From contig JAYWIR010000114.1 of the NCBI GenBank assembly GCA_036172245.1, forward strand, positions 1 to 64,000: 64,000 nucleotides of DNA. The letters are read 5' to 3'. This document shows, in pieces, positions 15,001 through 30,000 of this stretch. The translations under genes were made by a program, and so were the position numbers. The notes under the pieces are model-generated. The model did no database searches, had not been told where the DNA came from, and was given only the letters and a program-made list of their open reading frames with translations. Every line of letters starts with the position of its first letter. The first letter of the stretch is position 1. This DNA is from Raillietiella orientalis. Its lineage: Eukaryota.

Positions 15001-18000
15001 AACACTCAAGTGTAGACACGTGGCATGGAGAATTCCTGCAAACTGCAATGCAGTCGCAGGTTGCTTGTTAACAAATTTTGTTACAAATTTCCATGGCGCT
15101 TATTCAAATATTCGTCACCCTGATGGAGATGCAAGCGCACAACCTATTGGAGTTCAATTGGAGCAAACGGAAAACCTTTCCCGTTAGAATCTTCGAAAAG
15201 TTCAGTGTGTTCCCGAAGTCGATACGTGGATTTCCTCCCAGGTTTCGTGTTATAAATGATTCATGCTTACAACCAGAAAACTGGTGATTACTAATTGTCA
15301 CATTTCTATAATGGAAAGTTAGCCTTAAATCCCCTTTCACCTATCATTGAAACCACAGTCGTTGGCATGCAAATTAATGCAAAAACCATGTGTATAGCGA
15401 CTTCTTCCTTTAGTCAACTTTTTAAAGTGATAGAACACAGTCAATTCAAGGTTTCAACGACTGCAACGAATCTGAAAACGCTGCGATCTGTTGATACTGT
15501 CTCTCCACAAACCGCTTCCTCAGATTCAAAGGAAATAAATACATGCATGTGTGTCAGGAGCTCAATCGTACCCTGCAGTGACTCTTAATCATGATCAGGT
15601 CGCAAGGTGAATGTTTGCAAACTGTTTTGCTGCTCATTGGAACCTCGAATGCAGAATATCAAAACAGATTGCTCTCTCAGCTAGCTGGGGAACCACGTCT
15701 TACTTGCAACCAAACGAAGCAATCCAAGTCAGTTCAAATTACAAGTTTTGTGAAATGCAGTTCGTACCATTTGTGGCTAAGTGCATTTGCGATAAGCTGA
15801 TAGGAGCTCAAGACTACGAATCTCTGCTGCACAACGATTTTGTCAAGTTTAGAATGACGACACACACCAGTAGTGTTTTTGTCTGACAAATTTGTAACTA
15901 TTTTCTGCAAAGAATAGTTTCCATGGAAAGGAAAAAAAATGCCAATGTGGATTATCCATTCCATCGTTTGTGGAATTTATTCACAGAAACAAAACTCAAC
16001 GAACTAAAGGACGTTTTCGGTGGAAACTCTGCAGATTTCCAATACCCTTACTCTCCGATGGGGTCCATCTAGGCACAGGATAACAAAATTGGATTACTTG
16101 CGTGGAACGCAAAATGCTACGTGATTCCCGAACATAGTGACTGCCAAACGCCACTAATAACTGTTGTTATGAGGAGACTCTGTTGGCACACTTGAATAAC
16201 GCTTTTTGGATTCTCGCGCACGCTGAGGAAGAAATAAGATACCAATCAACTTGAATTCTATGTACGCAATTCGAGAAGTGTTGATGTAAAGTTCTTCGTA
16301 AAATTTGTGGTGACCAGAAACTGTTGAAAGAAATCGAACAAGTTTATGTGCATTTCAAAAATGCATGCTTCATTTTATCAGAATGCGGATGACTTTGAAA
16401 TTACAATAAACGGGAATATTTTTCCCCACCTTTCTTTCATTGGATGGCACTGAGACCCAGGTTACTTTTAGCACACAAAAAAATACAGTTTGTCATTGAT
16501 CTCATTTTGCGAAGCAGCTATTGATATCAATGGCACATATGGAGCAGCAACAGACTGGACGGAATTTGGAACCAAAGAGCTGTCGAATGCCCATGCCTCC
16601 TCAAAACAATTTCTATCATTGAAAACCAGGAGAAGAAACCGCTTTTTGTTGCTTGTATTTAACTAGATTGGCACCATGACATCGTCCTATTTCCGTTCGG
16701 CTAGCAGGACTTGTGGCATATGTGTGCTTACATCTTATTGGAGTCATGGAATCAAGAACCTTTGATAATCGAGCTGTCTCAGCAAGCTGCTGGACGATGA
16801 TAAAGTTTAAACTTAAGTAAGCAAGCGAGGTTCGGTGAGGTTACATTCCTTTTGAGTGAGGGAGTGTCGCCGTTGTCTTCACAAACTTCTGCATACAGCT
16901 GATATGCGAAAAACATTTCTTTGCTGAAATTCACAAAGATTGTAATAAGTACCGATTCACAGTATTTCCTAGGAAATTTTGACAATCAACCATTCCCTCC
17001 ATGTCCTCGATACACATGCTTCCATGGCAGATGAACCAACTACATACGTTGTTGTAGTTGCGAGGAACTTCCGACGATCTAGTGATTCGAGAAGTTAGCA
17101 ATACATTGCAACACTTCCTAACAGAATTTGCTTCAAATCTAAAAATTTGATGCTGACAAATTGGTTCCAATTGCACACAAGTTCAGTTATTCTTTTGATC
17201 AATGTCCAGGGGTGATGTGTCCGTTTATTACTTTCTTTATGACGATTTGTTCACAGATGTAGTGGTCACTGTGTGTCGGAAATTGTTAGAAAACCTAAAT
17301 GTATCTGCGAGAAATGCGCAGGATGCCCCCCAAGCAGCGTAAGTACGAATTTCTTGCAATCAGAAATGCGATTTGAAGGCGAAACAGGTAGGTTGATTGT
17401 TTGAAACCTGTGTGAACCCTATGTAATAACGTGGATGTGCACCAAGGGGAAAAGTAAAAAATGTGACGCAACAGTCATTGAACCAAGAGGACTCTTTATT
17501 TCTTTACATTATTGGACCATGTTATGAGCACGAACAGAGAACTGTAGTTCCCGCCGACTGCTAATAATGTGGTAGCGAGCTGAGTGCTGACATAATTAAT
17601 TTCTATTCTTTTCCATGCACGCACAATAGTAGTACTTCGGTTCTTTGGTTTCAAACACTCAAGTGTAGACACTTGGCAAGGAGAATTGCTGCGAACTGCA
17701 TTGCAGTCGCAGGTTGCTTGTTAACAAATTTTGTTACAAATTTCCATGGCGCTCATTCAAATATTCGTCACCCTGATGGAGATGCAAGCGCACAACCTAT
17801 TGGAGTTCAATTGGAGCAAACGGAAAACCTTTCCCGTTAGAATCTTCGAAAAGTTCAGTGTGTTCCCGAAGTCGATAAGTGGATTTCCTCCCAGGTTTCG
17901 TGTTATAAATGATTGCTGCTTACAACCAGAAAACTGGAGATTATTACTTGTCACATTTCTATAATGGAAAGTTTGCCTTAAATCCCTTTTCACCTATCAT

Positions 18001-21000
18001 TGAAACCACAGTCGTTGGCATGCAAATTATTGCAGAAACCATGTGTATAGCGACTTCTTCCTTTAGTCAACTTTTTGAAAGTGATAGAACACAGTCAATT
18101 CAAGGTTTCAACGACTGCAACGAATCTGAAAACGCAGCGATCTGTTGATACTGTCACTCCACAATCCGCTTCATCAGATGCAAAGGAAATAAATACATGC
18201 ATGTGTGTCAGGAGCTCAATCGTACCTTGCAGTGACTCTTAATCATGATCAGGTCGCAAGGTGAATGTTTGCAATCTGTTTTGCTGCTCATTAGAACCTC
18301 GAATGCAGAATATCAAAACAGATTGCTCTCTCAGCTAGCTGGAGAACCACGTCTTACTTGCAACCAAACGAAGCAATCCAAGTCACTTCAAATTACAAGT
18401 TTCTTGAAATGCAGTTCGTACCATTTGTGGCTAAGTGCATTTGCGATAAGCTGAGAGAAGCTCAAGACTACGAATCTCTGCTGCACAACGATTTTGTTAA
18501 GTTTAGAATGACGACACACACCAGTAATGTTTTTGTTTGACAAATTTGTAACTATTTTCTGCAGAGAATCGTTTCCATGGAAAGGAAAAAAAATGCCAAT
18601 GTGGATTCTCCATTCCATCGTTTGTGGAATTTATTCACAGAAACAAAACACAACGAACTAAAGGACGTTTTCGGTGGAAACTCTGCAGATTTCCAATACC
18701 CTTACTCTCCGATGGGATTCATCTAGGCACACGATAACAAAATTGGATTACTTGCGTGGAACGCAAAATGCTACGTGATTCTTAAACTTAGTGACTGCCA
18801 AACGCCACTAATAACTGTTGTTATGAGAAAACTCTGTTGGCACACTTGAATAACGCTTTTTGATTTCTCGCGCACGCTGAGGAAGAAATAAGATACCAAT
18901 CAACTTGAATTCTATGTACGCAATTCGAGAAGGGTTGATGTAAAGTTCTTCGTAAAATTTGTGGTGACCAGAAACTGTTGAAGGAAATCGAACAAGTTTA
19001 TGTGCATTTCAAAAATGCATGCTTCGTTTTATCAGAATGCGGATGACTTTGACATTACAATAAACGGGAATATTTTTCCCCAACTTTCTTTCAATGGATG
19101 GCACTGAGACCCAAGTTACTTTTAGCACACAAACAGATACAGTGTGTCATTGATCTCATTTTGCGAAGCAGCTATTGATATCAATGGCACATATGGAGCA
19201 GCAACAGACTGGACGGAATTTGGAAACAAAAAGCTGTCGAATGCCCATGCCTCTTCAAAACAATTTCTATCATTAAAAACCAGGAGAAGAAACCGCTTTT
19301 TGTTCCTTGTATTTAACTAGATTGGCACCATGACATCGTTCCTATTTCCGTTTGGCTAGCAGGACTTGTGGCAGATGTGTGCTTACATCTTATTGGAATC
19401 ATTGAATCAAGAATATCCGAAAATCGAGCTGTCTCAGCAAGCTGCTGGACGATGATAAAGTTTAAACTTAAGTAAGCAAGCGAGGTTCGGTGAGGTTACA
19501 TTCCTTTTGAGTGAGGGAGTGTCGCCGTTGTCTTCACAAAGCTCTGCATACAGCTGATATGCGAAAAACATTTCTTTGCTGAAATTCACAAAGATTGTAA
19601 TAAGTACCGATTCACAGTATTTCCTAGGAAATTTTGACAATCAACCATTCCCTCCATGTCGTCGATACACATGCTTCCATGGCAGATGAACCAACTACAT
19701 ACGTTGTTGTAGTTGCGAGGAACTTCCGACGATCTAGTGATTCGAGAAGTTAGGAATACATTGCAACACTTTCTAACAGAATTTGCTTCAAATCTAAAAA
19801 TTTGATGCTCACAAATTGGTTCCAATTGCACACAAGTTCAGTTATTCTTTTGATCAATGTCCAGGGGTGATGTGTCCGTTTATTACTTTCTTTATGACGA
19901 TTTGTTCACAGATGTAGTGGTCACTGTGTGTCGGAAATTGTTAGAAAACCTAAATGTATCTACGAGAAATGCGCAGGATGCCCCCCAAGCAGCGTAAGTA
20001 CGAATTTCTTGCAATCAGAAATGCGATTTGAAGGCGAAACAGGTAGGTTGATTGTTTGAAACCTGTGTGAACCCTATGTAATAACGTGGATGTGCACCAA
20101 GGGGAAAAGTAAAAAATGTGACGCAACAGTCATTGAACCAAGAGGACTCTTTATTTCTTCACATTATTGGACCATGTTATGAGCACGAACAGAGAACTGT
20201 AGTTCCCGCCGACTGCTAATATTGTGGTAGCGAGATGAGTGCTGACATAATTAATTTCTATTCCTTTCTATGCATGCACAATAGTAGTACTTCGGTTCTT
20301 TGGTTTCAAACACTCAAGTGTAGACACTTGGCATGCAGAATTGCTGCGAACTGCATTGCAGTCGCAGGTTGCTTGTTAACAAATTTTGTTACAAATTTCC
20401 ATGGCGCTCATTCAAATATTCGTCACCCTGATGGAGATGCAAGGGCACAACCTATTGGAGTTCAATTGGAGCAAATGGAAAACCTTTCCCGTTAGAATCT
20501 TCGAAAAGTTCAGTGTGTTCCCGAAGTCGATACGTGGATTTCCTCCCAGGTTTCTTGTTATAAATGATTGCTGCTTACAACCAGAAAACTGGAGATTATT
20601 ACTTGTCACATTTCTATAATGGAAAGTTTGCCTTAAATCCCTTTTCACCTATCATTGAAACCACAGTCGTTGGCATGCAAATTATTGCAGAAACCATGTG
20701 TATAGCGACTTCTTCCTTTAGTCAACTTTTTGAAAGTGATAGAACACAGTCAATTCAAGGTTTCAACGACTGCAACGAATCTGAAAACGCTGCGATCTGT
20801 TGATACTGTCACTCCACAATCCGCTTCCTCAGATGCAAAGGAAATAAATACATGCATGTGTGTCAGGAGCTCAATCGTACCTTGCAGTGACTCTTAATCA
20901 TGATCAGGTCGCAAGGTGAATGTTTGCAATCTGTTTTGCTGCTCATTAGAACCTCGAATGCAGAATATCAAAACAGATTGCTCTCTCAGCTAGCTGGAGA

Positions 21001-24000
21001 ACCACGTCTTACTTGCAACCAAACGAAGCAATCCAAGTCACTTCAAATTACAAGTTTCTTGAAATGCAGTTCGTACCATTTGTGGCTAAGTGCATTTGCG
21101 ATAAGCTGAGAGAAGCTCAAGACTACGAATCTCTGCTGCACAACGATTTTGTTAAGTTTAGAATGACGACACACACCAGTAATGTTTTTGTTTGACAAAT
21201 TTGTAACTATTTTCTGCAGAGAATCGTTTCCATGGAAAGGAAAAAAAATGCCAATGTGGATTCTCCATTCCATCGTTTGTGAAATTTATTCACAGAAACA
21301 AAACACAACGAACTAAAGGACGTTTTCGGTGGAAACTCTGCAGATTTCCAATACCCTTACTCTCCGATGGGATTCATCTAGGCACACGATAACAAAATTG
21401 GATTACTTGCGTGGAACGCAAAATGCTACGTGATTCTTAAACATAGTGACTGCCAAACGCCACTAATAACTGTTGTTATGAGAAAACTCTGTTGGCACAC
21501 TTGAATAACGCTTTTTGATTTCTCGCGCACGCTGAGGAAGAAATAAGATACCAATCAACTTGAATTCTATGTACGCAATTCGAGAAGGGTTGATGTAAAG
21601 TTCTTCGTAAAACTTGTGGTGACCAGAAACTGTTGAAGGAAATCGAACAAGTTTATGTGCATTTCAAAAATGCATGCTTCGTTTTATCAGAATGCGGATG
21701 ACTTTGACATTACAATAAACGGGAATATTTTTCCCCAACTTTCTTTCAATGGATGGCACTGAGACCCAAGTTACTTTTAGCACACAAACAGATACAGTGT
21801 GTCATTGATCTCATTTTGCGAAGCAGCTATTGATATCAATGGCACATATGGAGCAGCAACAGACTGGACGGAATTTGGAAACAAAAAGCTGTCGAATGCC
21901 CATGCCTCTTCAAAACAATTTCTATCATTAAAAACCAGGAGAAGAAACCGCTTTTTGTTCCTTGTATTTAACTAGATTGGCACCATGACATCGTTCCTAT
22001 TTCCGTTTGGCTAGCAGGACTTGTGGCAGATGTGTGCTTACATCTTATTGGAATCATTGAATCAAGAATATCCGAAAATCGAGCTGTCTCAGCAAGCTGC
22101 TGGACGATGATAAAGTTTAAACTTAAGTAAGCAAGCGAGGTTCGGTGAGGTTACATTCCTTTTGAGTCAGGGAGTGTCGCCGTTGTCTTCACAAAGCTCT
22201 GCATACAGCTGATATGCGAAAAACATTTCTTTGCTGAAATTCACAAAGATTGTAATAAGTACCGATTCACAGTATTTCCTAGGAAATTTTGACAATCAAC
22301 CATTCCCTCCATGTCGTCGATACACATGCTTCCATGGCAGATGAACCAACTACATACGTTGTTGTAGTTGCGAGGAACTTCCGACGATCTAGTGATTCGA
22401 GAAGTTAGCAATACATTGCAACACTTTCTAACAGAATTTGCTTCAAATCTAAAAATTTGATGCTCACAAATTGGTTCCAATTGCACACAAGTTCAGTTAT
22501 TCTTTTGATCAATGTCCAGGGGTGATGTGTCCGTTTATTACTTTCTTTATGACGATTTGTTCACAGATGTAGTGGTCACTGTGTGTCGGAAATTGTTAGA
22601 AAACCTAAATGTATCTACGAGAAATGCGCAGGATGCCCCCCAAGCAGCGTAAGTACGAATTTCTTGCAATCAGAAATGCGATTTGAAGGCGAAACAGGTA
22701 GGTTGATTGTTTGAAACCTGTGTGAACCCTATGTAATAACGTGGATGTGCACCAAGGGGAAAAGTAAAAAATGTGACGCAACAGTCATTGAACCAAGAGG
22801 ACTCTTTATTTCTTCACATTATTGGACCATGTTATGAGCACGAACAGAGAACTGTAGTTCCCGCCGACTGCTAATATTGTGGTAGCGAGATGAGTGCTGA
22901 CATAATTAATTTCTATTCCTTTCTATGCATGCACAATAGTAGTACTTCGGTTCTTTGGTTTCAAACACTCAAGTGTAGACACTTGGCATGCAGAATTGCT
23001 GCGAACTGCATTGCAGTCGCAGGTTGCTTGTTAACAAATTTTGTTACAAATTTCCATGGCGCTCATTCAAATATTCGTCACCCTGATGGAGATGCAAGCG
23101 CACAACCTATTGGAGTTCAATTGGAGCAAACGGAAAACCTTTCCCGTTAGAATCTTCGAAAAGTTCAGTGTGTTCCCGAAGTCGATAAGTGGATTTCCTC
23201 CCAGGTTTCGTGTTATAAATGATTGCTGCTTACAACCAGAAAACTGGAGATTATTACTTGTCACATTTCTATAATGGAAAGTTTGCCTTAAATCCCTTTT
23301 CACCTATCATTGAAACCACAGTCGTTGGCATGCAAATTATTGCAGAAACCATGTGTATAGCGACTTCTTCCTTTAGTCAACTTTTTGAAAGTGATAGAAC
23401 ACAGTCAATTCAAGGTTTCAACGACTGCAACGAATCTGAAAACGCTGCGATCTGTTGATACTGTCACTCCACAATCCGCTTCCTCAGATGCAAAGGAAAT
23501 AAATACATGCATGTGTGTCAGGAGCTCAATCGTACCTTGCAGTGACTCTTAATCATGATCAGGTCGCAAGGTGAATGTTTGCAATCTGTTTTGCTGCTCA
23601 TTAGAACCTCGAATGCAGAATATCAAAACAGATTGCTCTCTCAGCTAGCTGGAGAACCACGTCTTACTTGCAACCAAACGAAGCAATCCAAGTCACTTCA
23701 AATTACAAGTTTCTTGAAATGCAGTTCGTACCATTTGTGGCTAAGTGCATTTGCGATAAGCTGAGAGAAGCTCAAGACTACGAATCTCTGCTGCACAACG
23801 ATTTTGTTAAGTTTAGAATGACGACACACACCAGTAATGTTTTTGTTTGACAAATTTGTAACTATTTTCTGCAGAGAATCGTTTCCATGGAAAGGAAAAA
23901 AAATGCCAATGTGGATTCTCCATTCCATCGTTTGTGGAATTTATTCACAGAAACAAAACACAACGAACTAAAGGACGTTTTCGGTGGAAACTCTGCAGAT

Positions 24001-27000
24001 TTCCAATACCCTTACTCTCCGATGGGATTCATCTAGGCACACGATAACAAAATTGGATTACTTGCGTGGAACGCAAAATGCTACGTGATTCTTAAACATA
24101 GTGACTGCCAAACGCCACTAATAACTGTTGTTATGAGAAAACTCTGTTGGCACACTTGAATAACGCTTTTTGATTTCTCGCGCACGCTGAGGAAGAAATA
24201 AGATACCAATCAACTTGAATTCTATGTACGCAATTCGAGAAGGGTTGATGTAAAGTTCTTCGTAAAATTTGTGGTGACCAGAAACTGTTGAAGGAAATCG
24301 AACAAGTTTATGTGCATTTCAAAAATGCATGCTTCGTTTTATCAGAATGCGGATGACTTTGACATTACAATAAACGGGAATATTTTTCCCCAACTTTCTT
24401 TCAATGGATGGCACTGAGACCCAAGTTACTTTAAGCACACAAACAGATACAGTGTGTCATTGATCTCATTTTGCGAAGCAGCTATTGATATCAATGGCAC
24501 ATATGGAGCAGCAACAGAATGGACGGAATTTGGAAACAAAAAGCTGTCGAATGCCCATGCCTCTTCAAAACAATTTCTATCATTAAAAACCAGGAGAAGA
24601 AACCGCTTTTTGTTCCTTGTATTTAACTAGATTGGCACCATGACATCGTTCCTATTTCCGTTTGGCTAGCAGGACTTGTGGCAGATGTGTGCTTACATCT
24701 TATTGGAATCATTGAATCAAGAATATCCGAAAATCGAGCTGTCTCAGCAAGCTGCTGGACGATGATAAAGTTTAAACTTAAGTAAGCAAGCGAGGTTGGG
24801 TGAGGTTACATTCCTTTTGAGTGAGGGAGTGTCGCCGTTGTCTTCACAAAGCTCTGCATACAGCTGATATGCGAAAAACATTTCTTTGCTGAAATTCACA
24901 AAGATTGTAATAAGTACCGATTCACAGTATTTCCTAGGAAATTTTGACAATCAACCATTCCCTCCATGTCGTCGATACACATGCTTCCATGGCAGATGAA
25001 CCAACTACATACGTTGTTGTAGTTGCGAGGAACTTCCGAAGATCTAGTGATTCGAGAAGTTAGGAATACATTGCAACACTTTCTAACAGAATTTGCTTCA
25101 AATCTAAAAATTTGATGCTCACAAATTGGTTCCAATTGCACACAAGTTCAGTTATTCTTTTGATCAATGTCCAGGGGTGATGTGTCCGTTTATTACTTTC
25201 TTTATGACGATTTGTTCACAGATGTAGTGGTCACTGTGTGTCGGAAATTGTTAGAAAACCTAAATCTATCTACGAGAAATGCGCAGGATGCCCCCCAAGC
25301 AGCGTAAGTACGAATTTCTTGCAATCAGAAATGCGATTTGAAGGCGAAACAGGTAGGTTGATTGTTTGAAACCTGTGTGAACCCTATGTAATAACGTGGA
25401 TGTGCACCAAGGGGAAAAGTAAAAAATGTGACGCAACAGTCATTGAACCAAGAGGACTCTTTATTTCTTCACATTATTGGACCATGTTATGAGCACGAAC
25501 AGAGAACTGTAGTTCCCGCCGACTGCTAATATTGTGGTAGCGAGATGAGTGCTGACATAATTAATTTCTATTCCTTTCTATGCATGCACAATAGTAGTAC
25601 TTCGGTTCTTTGGTTTCAAACACTCAAGTGTAGACACTTGGCATGCAGAATTGCTGCGAACTGCATTGCAGTCGCAGGTTGCTTGTTAACAAATTTTGTT
25701 ACAAATTTCCATGGCGCTCATTCAAATATTCGTCACCCTGATGGAGATGCAAGCGCACAACCTATTGGAGTTCAATTGGAGCAAACGGAAAACCTTTCCC
25801 GTTAGAATCTTCGAAAAGTTCAGTGTGTTCCCGAAGTCGATAAGTGGATTTCCTCCCAGGTTTCGTGTTATAAATGATTGCTGCTTACAACCAGAAAACT
25901 GGAGATTATTACTTGTCACATTTCTATAATGGAAAGTTTGCCTTAAATCCCTTTTCACCTATCATTGAAACCACAGTCGTTGGCATGCAAATTATTGCAG
26001 AAACCATGTGTATAGCGACTTCTTCCTTTAGTCAACTTTTTGAAAGTGATAGAACACAGTCAATTCAAGGTTTCAACGACTGCAACGAATCTGAAAACGC
26101 AGCGATCTGTTGATACTGTCACTCCACAATCCGCTTCCTCAGATGCAAAGGAAATAAATACATGCATGTGTGTCAGGAGCTCAATCGTACCTTGCAGTGA
26201 CTCTTAATCATGATCAGGTCGCAAGGTGAATGTTTGCAATCTGTTTTGCTGCTCATTAGAACCTCGAATGCAGAATATCAAAACAGATTGCTCTCTCAGC
26301 TAGCTGGAGAACCACGTCTTACTTGCAACCAAACGAAGCAATCCAAGTCACTTCAAATTACAAGTTTCTTGAAATGCAGTTCGTACCATTTGTGGCTAAG
26401 TGCATTTGCGATAAGCTGAGAGAAGCTCAAGACTACGAATCTCTGCTGCACAACGATTTTGTTAAGTTTAGAATGACGACACACACCAGTAATGTTTTTG
26501 TTTGACAAATTTGTAACTATTTTCTGCAGAGAATCGTTTCCATGGAAAGGAAAAAAAATGCCAATGTGGATTCTCCATTCCATCGTTTGTGGAATTTATT
26601 CACAGAAACAAAACACAACGAACTAAAGGACGTTTTCGGTGGAAACTCTGCAGATTTCCAATACCCTTACTCTCCGATGGGATTCATCTAGGCACACGAT
26701 AACAAAATTGGATTACTTGCGTGGAACGCAAAATGCTACGTGATTCTTAAACTTAGTGACTGCCAAACGCCACTAATAACTGTTGTTATGAGAAAACTCT
26801 GTTGGCACACTTGAATAACGCTTTTTGATTTCTCGCGCACGCTGAGGAAGAAATAAGATACCAATCAACTTGAATTCTATGTACGCAATTCGAGAAGTGT
26901 TGATGTAAAGTTCTTCGTAAAATTTGTAATGACCAGAAACTGTTGAAAAAAAACGAACAAGTTTATGTGCATTTCAAAAATGCATGCTTCGTTTTATCAG

Positions 27001-30000
27001 AATGCGGATGACTTTGACATTACAATAAACGGGAATATTTTTCCCCAACTTTCTTTCAATGGATGGCACTGAGACCCAAGTTACTTTTAGCACACAAACA
27101 GATACAGTGTGTCATTGATCTCATTTTGCGAAGCAGCTATTGATATCAATGGCACATATGGAGCAGCAACAGACTGGACGGAATTTGGAAACAAAAAGCT
27201 GTCGAATGCCCATGCCTCTTCAAAACAATTTCTATCATTAAAAACCAGGAGAAGAAACCGCTTTTTATTCCTTGTATTTTACTAGATTGGCACCATAACA
27301 TCGTTCATATTTCCGTTCGGCAAGCAGGACTTGTGGCAGATGTGTGCATACATCTTATTGGAATCATTGAATCAAGAATATCCGAAAATCGAGCTGTCTC
27401 AGCAAGCTGCTGGACGATGATAAAGTTTAAACTTAAGTAAGCAAGCGAGGTTCGGTGAGGTTACATTCCTTTTGAGTGAGGGAGTGTCGCCGTTGTCTTC
27501 ACAAAGCTCTGCATACAGCTGATATGCGAAAAACATTTCTTTGCTGAAATTCACAAAGATTGTAATAAGTACCGATTCACAGTATTTCCTAGGAAATTTT
27601 GACAATCAACCATTCCCTCCATGTCGTCGATACACATGCTTCCATGGCAGATGAACCAACTACATACGTTGTTGTAGTTGCGAGGAACTTCCGACGATCT
27701 AGTGATTCGAGAACTTAGCAATACATTGCAACACTTTCTAACAGAATTTGCTTCAAATCTAAAAATTTGATGCTGACAAATTGGTTCCAATTGCACACAA
27801 GTTCAGTTATTCTTTTGATCAATGTCCAGGGGTGATGTGTCCGTTTATTACTTTCTTTATGACGATTTGTTCACAGATGTAGTGGTCACTGTGTGTCGGA
27901 AATTGTTAGAAAACCTAAATCTATCTACGAGAAATGCGCAGGATGCCCCCCAAGCAGCGTAAGTACGAATTTCTTGCAATCAGAAATGCGATTTGAAGGC
28001 GAAACAGGTAGGTTGATTGTTTGAAACCTGTGTGAACCCTATGTAATAACGTGGATGTGCACCAAGGGGAAAAGTAAAAAATGTGACGCAACAGTCATTG
28101 AACCAAGAGGACTCTTTATTTCTTCACATTATTGGACCATGTTATGAGCACGAACAGAGAACTGTAGTTCCCGCCGACTGCTAATATTGTGGTAGCGAGA
28201 TGAGTGCTGACATAATTAATTTCTATTCCTTTCTATGCATGCACAATAGTAGTACTTCGGTTCTTTGGTTTCAAACACTCAAGTGTAGACACTTGGCATG
28301 CAGAATTGCTGCGAACTGCATTGCAGTCGCAGGTTGCTTGTTAACAAATTTTGTTACAAATTTCCATGGCGCTCATTCAAATATTCGTCACCCTGATGGA
28401 GATGCAAGCGCACAACCTATTGGAGTTCAATTGGAGCAAACGGAAAACCTTTCCCGTTAGAATCTTCGAAAAGTTCAGTGTGTTCCCGAAGTCGATACGT
28501 CGATTTCCTCCCAGGTTTCTTGTTATATATGATTGCTGCTTACAACCAGAAAACTGGTGATCACTACTTGTCACATTTCTATAATGGAAAGTTTGCCTTG
28601 AATCCCTTTTCACCTATCATTGAAACCACAGTCGTTGGCATGCAAATTATAGAAAAAACCATGTGTATAGCGACTTCTTCCTTTAGTCAACGTTTTCAAA
28701 GTGATAGAACACAGTCAATTCAAGGTTTCAACGACTGCAACGAATCTGAAAACGCTGCGATCTGTTGATACTGTCACTCCACAATCCGTTTCCTCAGATG
28801 CAAAGGAAATAAATACATGCATGTGTGTCAGGAGCTCAATCGTACCTTGCAGTGACTCTCAATCATGATCAGGTCGCAAGGTGAAAGTTTGCAGTCTGTT
28901 TCCTGCTCATTAGAACCTCGAATGCAGAATATCAAAACAGATTGCTCTCTCAGCTAGCTGGATAACCACGTCTTACTTGCAACCAAACGAAGCAATCCAA
29001 GTCAGTTCAAATTACAAGTTTCGTGAAATGCAGTTCGTACCATTTGTGGCTAAGTGCATTTGCGATAAGCTGAGAGGAGCTCAAGACTACGAATCTCTGC
29101 TGCACAACGATTTTGTTAAATTTAGAATGACGACACACACCAGTAATGTTTTTGTCTGACAAATTTGTAACTATTTTCTGCAAAGAATAGTTTCCATGGA
29201 AAGGAAAAAAAATGCCAATGTGGATTATCCATTCCATCGTTTGTGGAATTTATTCACAGTAACAAAACACAACGAACTAAAGGACATTTTCGGTGGAAAC
29301 TCTGCAGATTTCCAATACCCTTACTCGCGGATGGGATTCATCTAGGCACACGATAACAAAATTGGATTACTTGCGTGGAACGCAAAATGCTACGTGATTC
29401 CCAAACATAGTGACTGCCAAACGCCACTAATAACTGTTGTTAAGAGAAGACTCTGTTGGCACACTTGAATAACCTTTTTGATTTCTCGCGCACGCTGAGG
29501 AAGAAATAAGATACCAATCAACTTGAATTCCATGTATGCAATTCGAGAAGTGTTGATGTAAAGTTCTTCGTAAAATTTGTGGTGACCAGAAACTGTTGAA
29601 GGAAATCCAACAAGTTTATGTGCATTTCAAAAATGCATGCTTCATTTTATCAGGATGCGGATGACTTTGAAATTACAATATACGGGAATATTTTTCCCCA
29701 CCTTTCTTTCAATGGATGGCACTGAGACCCAAGTTACTTTTCGCACACAAACAGATACAGTGTTTCATTGATCTCATTTTGCGAAGCAGCTATTCATATC
29801 AATGGCACATATGGAGCTGCAACAGACTGGACGGAATTTGGAAACAAAGAGCTGTCAAATGCCCATGCCTCTTCAAAACAATTTCTATCATTAAAAACCA
29901 GGAGAAGAAACCGCTTTTTGTTCCTTGTATTTAACTAGATTGTCACCATGACATCGTTCCTGTTTCCGTTCGGTCAGCAGGACTTGTGGCATATGTGTGC

